Source: Convolutriloba macropyga (Eukaryota). Taken from it: 64,000 nucleotides of DNA. Both the position numbers and the translations under genes were made by a program. The notes beneath the pieces are model-generated. The model was not told where the DNA came from, did not search any database, and was given only the letters and a program-made list of their open reading frames with translations. Of the stretch, positions 32,960 to 45,319 are shown piece after piece. The first letter of the stretch is position 1. Every line of letters begins with the position of its first letter. The DNA is taken from contig NC_134472.1 in assembly GCF_964194025.1 (NCBI RefSeq), positions 16,616,001 through 16,680,000 on the forward strand, read 5' to 3'.

Positions 32960-34900
32960 AATCCCATCCATAACCGTGAGAAGCATAGATGATTTGGAGC
33001 ATTAGTCAAGCAGAGGTCGCCTTGGCAGAGCAAATTCATTTCGTCAGTGTAGAAGAAAGTTTTTGATAAATAGAAGTGAGAAATAGGAGTCAACCAATTT
33101 CACAAATTCATCGTCACAACCAAATTGAGTAATTTTTGAAAACGAAATTGGGTGGTCCACAGAGTCACAAGTTTTGAGGAAAACTAAATAAAGAACAACT
33201 TGCTCGACGTTCCCGTTAAAGTTCAAAGATAAATAATGTAAAGTGTAAGCAATTGCATATTTGTTGAAAGTTTTGCACAAAATGCATGTTGTCCAGGTTT
33301 CAGCCGATCTTTAGTAAACAAATATGTAAACCGAAATAGATAATTCTTAGAAAAACCAATATTGGGAGTAGTGAAAAAGGCCAATAGTTTTCAACTTCCA
33401 TCCGAATCAGTTTTTTGTGAAGAGGGGTAACATATCTACATTTCAAATTCTTAGGCCAAAATTGCAAATAGATAATGCATGTGAAAAAAGGGTAAATGGT
33501 GCTTACATACAAGCAGCTTTACCTAATGTGGATGGCGGTAAGCCATCAAATGCAGGAATTGAGCTATTTAGGACACATAAAAGATATTTTCAAATTTCAG
33601 GCTGAACTGAATATTAGATAAATTGATTTCATTGCCGCAGACAAATTCAGTTAACCGTAATTCAAACTTAAGTTCAAAAACTGAATGAAACAGTTGGTGA
33701 ACAGATTTTTTTTCACTGAGACTTCAATAGACCCCTTGTTGTTGTGGAACACATTTGTTCGGGTAATCAACTTCTAACATTTAAACTTTTCAACAGAGCA
33801 AACTCATCATTTGCATAAAAATTCTGTACAAAGATCAACATGAATTGCTTGTCCATGTCAGTAGGAACCATTAATTCCATTTTGAGGCGTTCAACTGAAT
33901 TTTTTTGATCTTATCGAGCTGTATTCAGTTTTTTTAGACACAACATATTGTCTGCTAAGTACAGAAGAAAGGAGCCGCTTTCTGTTGAAAATTTTTTTCA
34001 GAGTGGTAATGACAGTACGATAGAATGATGATAGGAAATGAGGAATCAAGTTTTGGCACTCCTGAGCGGAAGATTGTGAGACCATTAGAGGTAATGAGAA
34101 ATCAGTCTCGTTAAAATAGTTGATCATGTAAGCGTGCCCATTTGCTTAACTGTAATCTAGTTCAACATTTGTTAAAAAATGGGGACATTGATCTGAGCAC
34201 AATCGCTCCACAATAATATAGTCCTATTTGTTTGGATGGGAGCAAAAGTTAGATCCAAAATACTTCCAAGCTTATGGGTGGACAAATCAACAATTTGTGA
34301 AAGCAATAAATCCTTGCAAAAAAGCTAAGGTTTTCTGCTAATCAAATTGAAGTGAAGAGATCTTACCTTGGGTAAACGTACCTTGAGATTATCAAAATTA
34401 CAACTTAGACCTCACTGGGCAGATATGCATTGTTCACAGTTCAAGCTTGTCGCCACATCAGCAAAAACAATTCGCAAATTGTCAACTGTAACACCAGGTT
34501 TGACATGCAACAACGGTCCTCGAGGCGGTAGATATGTAAGTATAATGCAGAGAGTAAGAATCTCGTTACTTTAGACCAGGAGGCAAAAATCTCACACTTC
34601 GAAAATTAATTTCAAATAACAATACACAAGAAAGCGTTAGTCAATTCTAATAGAAGTCCAATGTGATAATCGGTCGTTCGATCTGATCGGAAAACAACCG
34701 TGACCTGCGAAAACTCCGTTATCACTGACCGAATCATGATGCCATATTTCTCTCAGACAGACAATAGCGGGTGAGACTAGACTTAAGAGCTGGAAAAAGT
34801 TTTGTCTTCTCTCAATCGATAGATCCTCTGAAGGTTTAAAAGGGAGATTGCTATTTGAGGGATTGCTATTTGAGATCAGGCACTGAAACACTATTTATTG
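32960..34900 (-). mobile_element. Decayed CR1/L2-type LINE (APE + RT remnants)
   Basis: IVCLREIW (APE, ~34765), YVTPLHKK..ENYWPFSLLP (~33435-33365) and YLVFLKTCDSVDH (~33190-33150). Confidence 0.75.
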
Positions 34901-35349
34901 AACGGCAACAAGTGCTATGGAATAAGTTTATCACAACAATTGGGCTACATTGGTGAACATACTATTAACCTGGGGTAAAAAAATCTGCTCATCTTCCTCC
35001 AAATGGGAGACTCTACATCGGTTCTTGTACATATAAACTGTGTAATCAAAAGTAGCAAGAATAAAAACAGTTTTTATGTTAAAAAAATTAAAATTTAAAC
35101 AGTGGTTTTTTTTTAAAAAAAATAAACCAGTCAATGTCAATAGACCGGATACATTCAAGAATGTTTACGCAGACAAAAAATGTTTTGGAGTGCTTTTTTA
35201 ACGTCTTCTGAATACATGTTGCTTGTGTTACAATTTTTGTGCTGAAAACTCTGTTGTTGACTTCGATGTCTTCACAACAAAACAGATCTTACTGAATTTT
35301 TGCTACAAAAACTATGTGATTGTTATTGGTATCTTATTTAAATTCTACT

Positions 35350-38300
35350 TTTAAATTTTTGAACTCAAAATTCAAAGACTAATTGCAAATGCTGAAATTG
35401 AAGCTCAATAGAAAGGACTTTTCATTAATCCTTGATATTATTTGCAAAGAGACCACAAAAAAAGATTATAATCTATTTTTGCTCGAATTTGTTTTCCTCC
35501 AATGATTTCAAATTTCAATTTTTATTTCTAATTTCAAGCCAACTTGGTGATATTGGATATGAATAGATATATCTGAATTTTGTTCAAAAATCAATTAGCC
35601 AGACAAAATTCTTAGTTTAGTTTTAGTTCTTGTTTTAAAGTTGCAACATAAAATGGAAAGATAATTTTGCAAAGGCTGAAGTTGAAGTTCAATCATACCG
35701 GCATTTATTTAGTCGCTGATATTTATTGCAAAGCATCCAACGAATTTTATATCTGCGATTTGTGTAATTTTCAACTGAAAACTTTAAGAAAACAGTCAAC
35801 ATGACGTTTCCAAGCATTTTGTAATTGCATATTGGTACGATGCCACCAAAAAAAAACAGAACAAAAATTACCTCAGATTTACTTTTCGTTTAATCGGAAA
35901 AACCAAACCAAAAGCATAAAAAAAGAATTTAATTTTTTTGTATGAGCCAACACAACTGAGAAATTATCAAGTCATATGACATCCGATTTCTTTGCTTTCT
36001 GACACTTGTTTTAGAACATAAGCCCAAGTGTTTTCAAGTTCATAGAGAATTATTTGCTGCTACCACATACATTGATCTTATGTCGTAACTAGAAATGTCA
36101 ATAGGATTGATAGGGCGTTGAGAGCGAAAACAAACTCCAATTCCAAGTATTTCTTAGATATTGCTTCTTTTAAACATATAGTTTTGAGTTATATTTGGTT
36201 TTGTCCTTATTTAATAGGAACGATGTTCTCTATAATTTGTAAATTGTTTATCTATTTTAAGGACGGCCGGTTCATAAAAAGCTTGCATATGTTATAATAA
36301 TGCAATAAACGTGTTTCTAATTTAAATTGTTTTTTGTTTTTTGAGAAAAATTAATGGCATGATTAGACCGTTTTCAATAAAAAGTTCATTACATTCTTAA
36401 TTGTTGTCAAGAAACTCAAAGTTAGCTACTTTGTTGACTAAAAGCAGAGGTAATGCCAAATAATTATTTGAAAAAATATTCAATTTTTCAAACAGTAAGT
36501 CTTTTGTTCTCAAAAGGCACTTCCTGAGATGATAACTCATATCTTTTTTGCTTAAAAACACCTTCAAAAGAATTATTATCAATCCAAAAAAGCAAAATGT
36601 TTTTAGCGCAAAAATAACGCATTAAGGTTATAATTTTTCAATCCAAAAGTGCAACCAATTAGTGAAGTGGTAAATGTTTTATTAAAAAAAGGCAATAAGA
36701 TTCCTTTTTCTGGGACCTTCATAACCTTCATAAAAAAGTTTTACACTTTTAGTAAAATATGACCTTGATGTGATACTGAATGAACTTCATACATCGAAAA
36801 ACATTTGGACACTTTAGTTCAGAAACTATTTCTCATTGATTAAAAAGCGAAATCAATTAATCGTCAGCAAGACGTTTCCAATCACAAAATAACTGACTGC
36901 TGATAAGACAGTGTCAATAGTAAAGAACAAAACTGAGCCAATTGACAAAACGTCAAGTCATAAAAACACGGATTAATCTCTCATTTTTGTATTGCGAATG
37001 GAAGCCCAAATATTTTCCAATTCACATAGAAACAATTGCAGCTTCATGGGGTGACAAAAAATAAAGATAACAAACCCACATAAACTGATCTTATGCAGTC
37101 ATTGAAAAAGTTATCATCATTTAAAATTGATAGGGCGGTGAATGAAAAAGCTGTCCCCGTTTCCAGTAACCAGTAACGTCTCGCTACTTGTTGAAGAAAT
37201 GCATTTTGGTTTCGCTTGATCTTGACCTTAAATAATCAGAAAACTCTGCTTTTTTATAAACTTTATTTCTATGTTAAGGACGGCAAATTCAGAAAAAGTT
37301 TTCATGTGCTATAATAAAGCAATAAAAGTGCTTTCACTTTTTGTGTATTTTGAGAACAATTATCGGCCTTGATAAGACCGCTTTGACAATACAAATTTTG
37401 TGATTTTTGCAAGTGTTATCAACGAACTCAAAGTGAGCAACTTTGGCGGCTATCAGCTGAACCAAAGAAAATGCCACATAGTTATATAAAAAAATATATT
37501 CTATTTTTCAAGAGAAGAGTTCTTTTATTCTCACTATGCACTTTCTAAGATGATAACTCATACCCAAGTTAGCTCAAAAACACACAAAACAAGTAATATC
37601 AGTCCATTAAGAACGCAATAATTTTTAACGCAGTTATAAAATTTGAAATCTTTGAATTTATTTTTTCAGACAAAAACGCAATAAATTAGTGAAGTGATAA
37701 ATATTCTGTAAAACAAAAAGACGATTTGATTCTTTTTTCTGACACCTTCACAAGAAAGATTTACATATTTAGCAAGGTATATCTTTGATGTGTTACTGAA
37801 GGAAATTCGTACATCGAAGAAGGTTCGGACACTTTATTTCAGAAACTATTTCTCGTTGAATAAATAGCGAAATCAATTAATCGTCAGCATGACGTTTCCA
37901 ATCACAAAGTAATTGCAATTTGATAAGATGCGACCAAAAGTAAGGAATAAAACCTACCTCAAACCTGCATTTCGTATATTAAAAAATCAAGTAAAAAAAA
38001 CAATTTGGGCATTTTTATGAGCCAAATCAAATGACGAAACTTCAAATCATATAAGATCAGATGAAATTCTGTCATTTTTTAGAGCAAAAGCCCAAATGTT
38101 TTACTTTTCGCATAGAAATATTTGCTGCTTCATGGGAAGACTAAAGAATAACAATAGCTAGCCCACATAAATTGATCTTATATAGTCATTAGAAATGTTA
38201 TCAGCATTTACGATCGATAGGGCGGTGAGAGAAAAAGCTGTCCCCAGTTCCAGTTACTGGTAAAGTCTCTCTTCTTTTTTAAGATATGCATTCCGGTTCC

Positions 38301-40720
38301 CATTGACCTTGTCCTTGATTCATCAGAAAGCCCTGCTTTTTTGTAATCTTTATATCTATGTTGAGCACGGCCAATTCAGAAACAGTTTCATGTGTTATAA
38401 TAAAGCAATAAAAGTGTTTTCATTTTTTATGTGTTTTAGGAACAAATATAGCGCTTGATAAGACCGTTTTGAAAACAGAAATTTTGTGATTTTTTTGCAG
38501 GTGTTTTCAATAAACTGAAGGTGAGAAATTTTGGAGACTAACAGCAAAACTGGAGACAATGCCACATAATTTTATGAAAAAATAGATTTTTTTTTCAAGA
38601 AAAGAGTTCTCTTGTTCTCAGTATATACTTTCTAAGATGATAACTCAGATCCAATTCCACTCAAATACACCCTCAAGAAGTATTATAAATCAATCAAGAA
38701 CGCAATAACTCTTAACACAATAAAAAAGTCTTTGATTTTTTTTATCAACCCAAAAATGCAATCACTTAGTGACGTGAATACTATTGTATAAATTGAAAAG
38801 GCGAGTAGATTCTATTGTCTGGCACCTTCAATAAAGCGTTTTATACTTTTACTAAAATATATTTTTGATATGTTACTGTATGAACTTCATACTTCGGTGA
38901 ACATTCAGACATTTTCGTTCAGAAACTATTACCCGTTGACTAAATACCATATTCAATTCCAATTTCTTGTTCCAAACAGAAATATCACACTCCATGCAGT
39001 GACGTAACTTTGTTGTTCCGAGCCAGTTGTGGAAGGAGGAAATATATATTCATTTATGAGTTTTTATCATGGGTTTTTATCTTATATATGGATTTATTTG
39101 TTCAACATTGGCCAATTGATACATTTATCGTATAGAATTGAGACTGAAATCATTTAAAAATGGTCCATCGTAGAATATGGAATTTATGGTTTTTTGATAT
39201 TCGTTTTTTTTGCAGGTAGCTATTGAGGTTTAACTTTTTGAGAACAGTAGACAGAAATCTTTTGTTTTCATTCACATTCTCCGTATTTCATGGGCAAATG
39301 CTACAGTCAAAGCTTAATTAAATTGGCATTTAATTATTTGTTGATATATTTTGCAAAGCGTACACAAAACGGTGTTGTGATATCTGTTATCGTTTGAGTA
39401 TGTTTTCTTATGGTGATTGCAATTTGCAATATTTAAGTTAGATTTCAGGCCATTTTATTGATACTGGACTTAAAATTTTTGACATCTGAATGGAGTTTTA
39501 AAACTTTAAAATTTATAGAAAAAAATTGAAATATACGCTTTGCAAAGGCTGAAGTTGAATCTCAATCAAAACGGCATTTAATTAACCGCTGATATATATA
39601 TTACAAAGCGTCCACAAAAAATTATGTCTATTATTCGTGTGTCATTTGATTGAAAAAACCGAAGGTAGTAGTCTGTATCACTTATCCAAGCACAAAGTAA
39701 TTGCAGCTTAATAAGATTCCAACAATAATAATGAACCAAACTGACCCCAAATTTGAACCTCATTTATTTAAAGAAATTACATCAAAAGAATAACAAAAAG
39801 CGAATGTAAGCTTTTTATGAGCCAATTCAACTGACAAATTATCAAGTCATATGACCTCGGGTTAATTTCTGTCAATTTTGTGTTGAGAAGGAAATGTTTC
39901 CAGTTCTTGCACAATTACTTGCTGCTTCTTGAATCGATAACACAATGACGATAAAAAACCACATAAATCGATCTTATGTAGTTATTAGAAAGGTCATCAG
40001 AATTTACGATCGATAGGGCGGTGAGAGAAAAAAGTGTCCCCAGTTCCAGTAACTGGTGAGGTCAATTTTCTTTTTTAAGATATTCATTCCGGTTCCCATT
40101 GATCTTGTCCTTGATTCATCAGAAAGCCCTGCTTTTTTGTAATCTTTTTATCTATGTTAAGGAGGGCCAATTCAAAAAAAAAATTGCACATGTTATAATA
40201 ATGCAAAAAACGTGTTTTCAGTTTTTTATTCCTTTTGATGATAATTATCGATCTTGATAAGACCGTTTTGACAATGGAAATTTTGTTACTTTCTCAAGTG
40301 TTATCAACGAAATCAAAGTGAGCAACTTTGGCGACTATCAGATAATGCCACATAGTTATTTGAAATAAATTCTTTTGTTTCCAATTATATGTTCTTTTAT
40401 TATTAATAGTCAATAATTTTCAACTCAATAATAATATGTTGGAATTAAATTTTTTCAATCGAATTATGCAATCAATTATTGAAGTGATTACTACTCTATA
40501 AGTTGAAAAGGCGAGTAGATTCCTTTTTCTGGCACCGTCATAAAATATTTTAAATTTTTAGTAAGGTATAGATTTGATGGGTTATTTTATGAACTTCATA
40601 CATCGGTGAACATTCAGACAGTTTATTTCAGAAACTATTTCTAGTTGATTAAATAGCATATTCAATTCGAATTGTTTGTTCCAAACAGAAAAATCGCATT
40701 CCACGCAGTGGCGTAAGATC
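35350..40720. repeat. Old compound tandem array (A-B-B-B-C-A-B-C; B unit ~1 kb)
   Basis: B units start tgagccaa at ~35943, 36935, 38018 and 39818 and share gatagggcggtga, gataagaccgtttt and ttcagaaactatt. Block A (ttgcaaaggctgaagttgaa) at ~35667 and ~39540; block C (ttgttccaaacagaaa..gcagtg.cgtaa) at ~38966 and ~40676. Confidence 0.85.
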
Positions 40721-43297
40721 TTGTTTTATCTATACTGCTACTTTTTTGCGCTTTCTCTTTATCCACTCCAACTGGCCACAACGCAAACAATTTTTTTACC
40801 GTTCTCAGGTTTTATACGTTATAGGAAAGATGAAGTTCAAAAAGTCTGTTATTAGGCGTATAGCTTTTTATTCAAAAAGGTTGCATGGATCAGTGCCTGA
40901 TTGTTTAAACAATGTTTCTAATATCTTGTTCTCTCGAATGTTCCCTCAAGCAACGTTTTCATTGTCTTTTTTAATTTTTTTTATCTTCAGCAATTGAAGT
41001 TAATTCAAAACATGGAGGCAGTGCAACGTTTGTGGTTCGTCTCTGCAAATTATAAAACTGATTTCAGCTGTTATCAAACATAATTGTATATTTGTGTTTT
41101 TTTGCTACTTAAACATTTTTGGATCTGCGATTCACACGTTGGAAAATATTCAACAACAATTTAGATTTGAGATAACTGAATTGCAATAGTTTAGAACTTG
41201 TAATTGAAAAAAATATTATTAAAAATTATTGCAAATAGACAATGTCTGTCATACATGAACTGTGTACTTATTTATTTGTCGTAACAAATTTGATATTCAG
41301 GAGTTTAGCAAGAGTATTTGCCGCTAATTTTAGTTCCCGATTTGCATAGTAGAATTAACAATATTCCGCTCTCATATCTCGCGTAATCTCCCGGAACACA
41401 ATATTTAAGCTTGCTCTCGAAAAATTTAATTTCAAATTCTAATTTTTGCGACTAGAAAACAGTTGCCTAATATGATAACCATATATGCTTAGGGTTGTAA
41501 GCAAGAACAAAAATATTTAAAGAATTTTGTCTTACTAAATCCAAACAAATATAAAATAAAGCGTTTTTGTTTTCCGATGTCACAATCCAAAATCGTTAAG
41601 GACAACATGGCACAGCACGTTGGCCATAGACCTACAAGAGAAGTTTTTTTTGGGGGGGGGGGGTGGGGTGGGAACTAAATTCAGACCCTCCTCTTTTGTG
41701 GGAAAATGGAGAAGTAAGTTCAAACAAGCACGTGTGGCCAAAGAAAACAACATCCTGGGTACAACCTTTGGTCTTCAACCCGAAGTATTTCAGCAGCACT
41801 CGAACCAGTATGCAAAGATACAATCCCTGGTGCACCTGCTCAATCTGTGCGGTATCTTGCAAAGGCAAATTGGCAAAACAAGCGCTAACGAGAAACGAAA
41901 TTCTGCCACATGTGTGAAGAAAAAGGATGGCCACAATCTGACCAAAAAGCAATTTTTATTGTTTTTCCTATATCTCAGCATTGATACAGAAGGGAGGACG
42001 GAAGAGAGAAAAACACAGTATATTGAACAGCCTCGCTAATTGTGATCATTAGAAAATTGTGGATGAAGAAATAAGCAGACTTCGTAGTTTTGATAGATAT
42101 GGATTTTTTACAGGAAGCTGTCAAAAGTTGAAGTAAGAAAACATTTTTATGGATAATTTAAATCAAGGTTGGAGATTTTTGAGCCAGAAAACGAAAAGCT
42201 ATTAAAAATACGACAAATTTTTATAGTCAAAAGCGTTGGATACTAATTTTCAAAGTTATCTGAACACATTTTTAAGCTTGTTATGGAATTAGAACCAAAT
42301 TTGCACTGTCAGACTTAAAAAATACATGATTTCGTCCTGCAGTCAACTTTCAAGCAAAGTGTTGACCTCCAATTTGAATTACATCACAATCAGCAGCACG
42401 CGAAAGCAGTGTTCATTGTCTCAAATAAAGAATTATCTCGTCACCGATAGAGAAAAATGCATTGGAATATCATTTTGTACGAGTTTGTCCAAAACCAGCA
42501 AAACCAACATTATACAAAAATATTTGGTTAAGTTTGTCGAAAAGGAAGCACAGGTGGAAATTTCCGCTTATCAAAACCAAATTGCAGATTTTTATTGATT
42601 GGGGTTCTTCAGATTTGCAGAAGATGAAGGAGCGTACTTATTGACTAATTTATGAGCACTAGTGAGCAAGAATAAGTGCATGATAAATTTTCGAGAAAGA
42701 AATGAACACTCATGAAAGTACTTTTGTTCGGTTCATCGACTCATGATTTGACAATACCTCGTCCCAGTTTTTGCAACTCCTTTTTTGAGTCGAAAAATGT
42801 ACAGCAGAACAATTGGGTCGAACAAAAATCCATTGTGGTTCATTTGGGCTCAGCAAAATCGAGCAAGAGTTTGGGTCGAGTAAAAGTTCAGTGTGTTTAT
42901 TCTGAAGTACAGCAAAAATCAATCATGATAGTCTGAGTCGAGCTTAAATCCGGTTGATCGCAAAATCAATCTAAAGTAATATCATAGTCTATTTCAGTCC
43001 AGCACTGTCTTTTCGTACAATTTTTTGAGGATTGTCTTTTCATAAGTCGAGGTCTAAATCCGGGTTATGGTACTGATTTCGTGGAAGTAACATCTCATTT
43101 TAACATGGAGAACATAAGTTAATTTTATCCCCCCTCGAACACACACACACGCACACAAGCAAACACACACAAACAAACGCACTAATAAATCACGAACATA
43201 GACCATAGACACACGTACACTCCCGCATGTCTTTTTAAATCATAAACTCTTCAAATCATCATGTATTCAAACTTTAGATTTAGTTAAAAACGTTATA

Positions 43298-43400
43298 AAA
43301 CCACGTTATTACTATCCTTACTTTGCGTCTTTTTATTCAATCTGGATTGAATAAAAAGACGAAAGTAAGGATGTGTTTCTTGCAAGTAATAACGTGGTTT
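43298..43400. repeat. Long inverted repeat (16-bp outer stem plus 28-bp inner stem)
   Basis: AAACCACGTTATTACT/AGTAATAACGTGGTTT enclosing ATCCTTACTTT(G)CGTCTTTTTATTCAATC-tg-GATTGAATAAAAAGACGAAAGTAAGGAT. Confidence 0.9.
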
Positions 43401-45209
43401 CATATCGTTTTCATAGCTGTTTGAAATTTTGCAAAACTCAATGATTCCGAGCCCAAAAATGTGCTTCTGAAGGCTGTCTGTAGTTCTAACGGAAAAACTT
43501 GGATGCCCACAGCATGGTTTCTCAGACCTAGGAAACTCACATCAAGTCGTCCACATCTTTTGCCAGATCTGGCAAGTCTTGACGTGGATCTTTCCAATAT
43601 CCTGGAACTATTTGTGTATGGCCTATAGGGGTTTCTATTTGAGTTGCAACAAACGTTAAAGTCAGTCAAAGTTCAAGTCTGGAAAATTTTTGCTGTCTCG
43701 AGTTTGAATTTCTTTACTGTCGGGGCACTGTCAAATGACAAATTAATATTCAGTTATAATTCATAGCTATCACGTGGTTATGAATGATTTACAGTCGCAT
43801 GTTTATAAATTCACCTGCCGAAACTTTGACCTAGTCCACTTAAGTTTGAAATCGCTTCAACATCATAACTAACTACATATTACTAGCAGAGTTATTACGC
43901 AATGTAGAAAGCTAGTTGTGTTGGTTGAAACTCTTTAACTCATGTTTCACCAATCTTGATTGAACAAACATTCGGGTTCTACTTAGCTCCCATGAACAAT
44001 ACAATTAGGGCTACATTTACCATCGGGCACAAAATCAACAAACTAAATAAACTTGAGTCGTTTATCTTATCAAATGCTTTCGCTTTGAATCGATTTATAC
44101 AAGCCAATATTGAACTGCGGACCGATTCAACGTTTTCTACGATTACTGATTTAACACATGATCAAGAAACCCACTGCGGTTGATCAAATTTATCTGAAAC
44201 TGGTAAGATATATTATAAAGTGGAAAATTAGACAAAATTTCTGAAACCGCTATTGTTAATAACTGGGCCATATATAGCTTTGCTTTTGAGAACCTTGAAA
44301 CCAAATCAAAGTATTCAGGGTTTTAAGTTTACCTGAATTTTATACAGTTCTTAATTTCTGCTTATCAAAGTGTCATGTTAATCTGTGGTTCGCTTTACTG
44401 ACTTACACTCATATTACATACGTGTAAGATTTATTTTAATAATACAAATTAGTTTTGTCCCAACGTTTTTCTATTTTAGAAACGGTTTTTTTAATTGTTC
44501 TTTTTTATTAAAATTGCCGCACTAAACATGCAGGCAACGGTTTAAGAACAACAAATTATAATTTGAAAAATTTTATTACTTGAACCAAGGTAGCTAGTGT
44601 TCTATTTTTCTCTTTCTATGAAGCGACATACTAACTGTTACAGTGATGCCCTATAGTACAGAGAATATCAATTATGGATGCCGAGGTTCAGGTACCCGAC
44701 CAATGTGATGTCAGACCAGAATGATATCTGATCAATTTAAATCCAGGCTATATTGTCCAGCCTTTTCTAACTTGCAAACCGTGATCAAGACCATGTATTT
44801 TTGAGTGCAGACTTACGCCTTTGCACTCAAATATGTTCTGACCAGCTGTCGCTATCCTCTGGCACCTCAATCTAGCAGTCATATATGACAGACCGGGAGG
44901 GGGGCATGGATTCAGAAAGAGAACTGAGGCACAGCTAAGTTGATAATAAACGAAAAATAACAAAGCAGAGGTATACTTAAATTCGTAAATTTATTAGGTC
45001 CCATTTTACTAAGTTATACTTCATTGGGTTCACTAATTAAAACTAAAGAGCATCTTTCGTAATTAATTCCCAAGAAGTTGTATTTTCTATTATTAGGTAT
45101 ACATATGCAAATTAAAAAGAAATTATCTGTTATTAACTTTTTTTGCAGAACCATTAGATAGTGAGTATAAACTGCGAGATTGAAGGAGAGTGAAAGAAAG
45201 TGAAGAGAG

Positions 45210-45319
45210 ATGGCGGAACAGTTTGCCAAGTTCGTGAAGGGCATTGACCTGGGACAGGAGGGAGACTCCATTGACAGATTGCACTTCGGCAAGACGCCGA
45301 TGGTCTGCATGTTTCTCAG
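45210..45319 (+). CDS. inx: Innexin exon 1 (MAEQFAKFVKGIDLGQEGDSIDRLHFGKTPMVCMFLS)
   Basis: ATG 45210, D.IDRL motif, CAG|GT donor. An upstream acceptor ttttttgcag ends at 45148. Confidence 0.85.
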
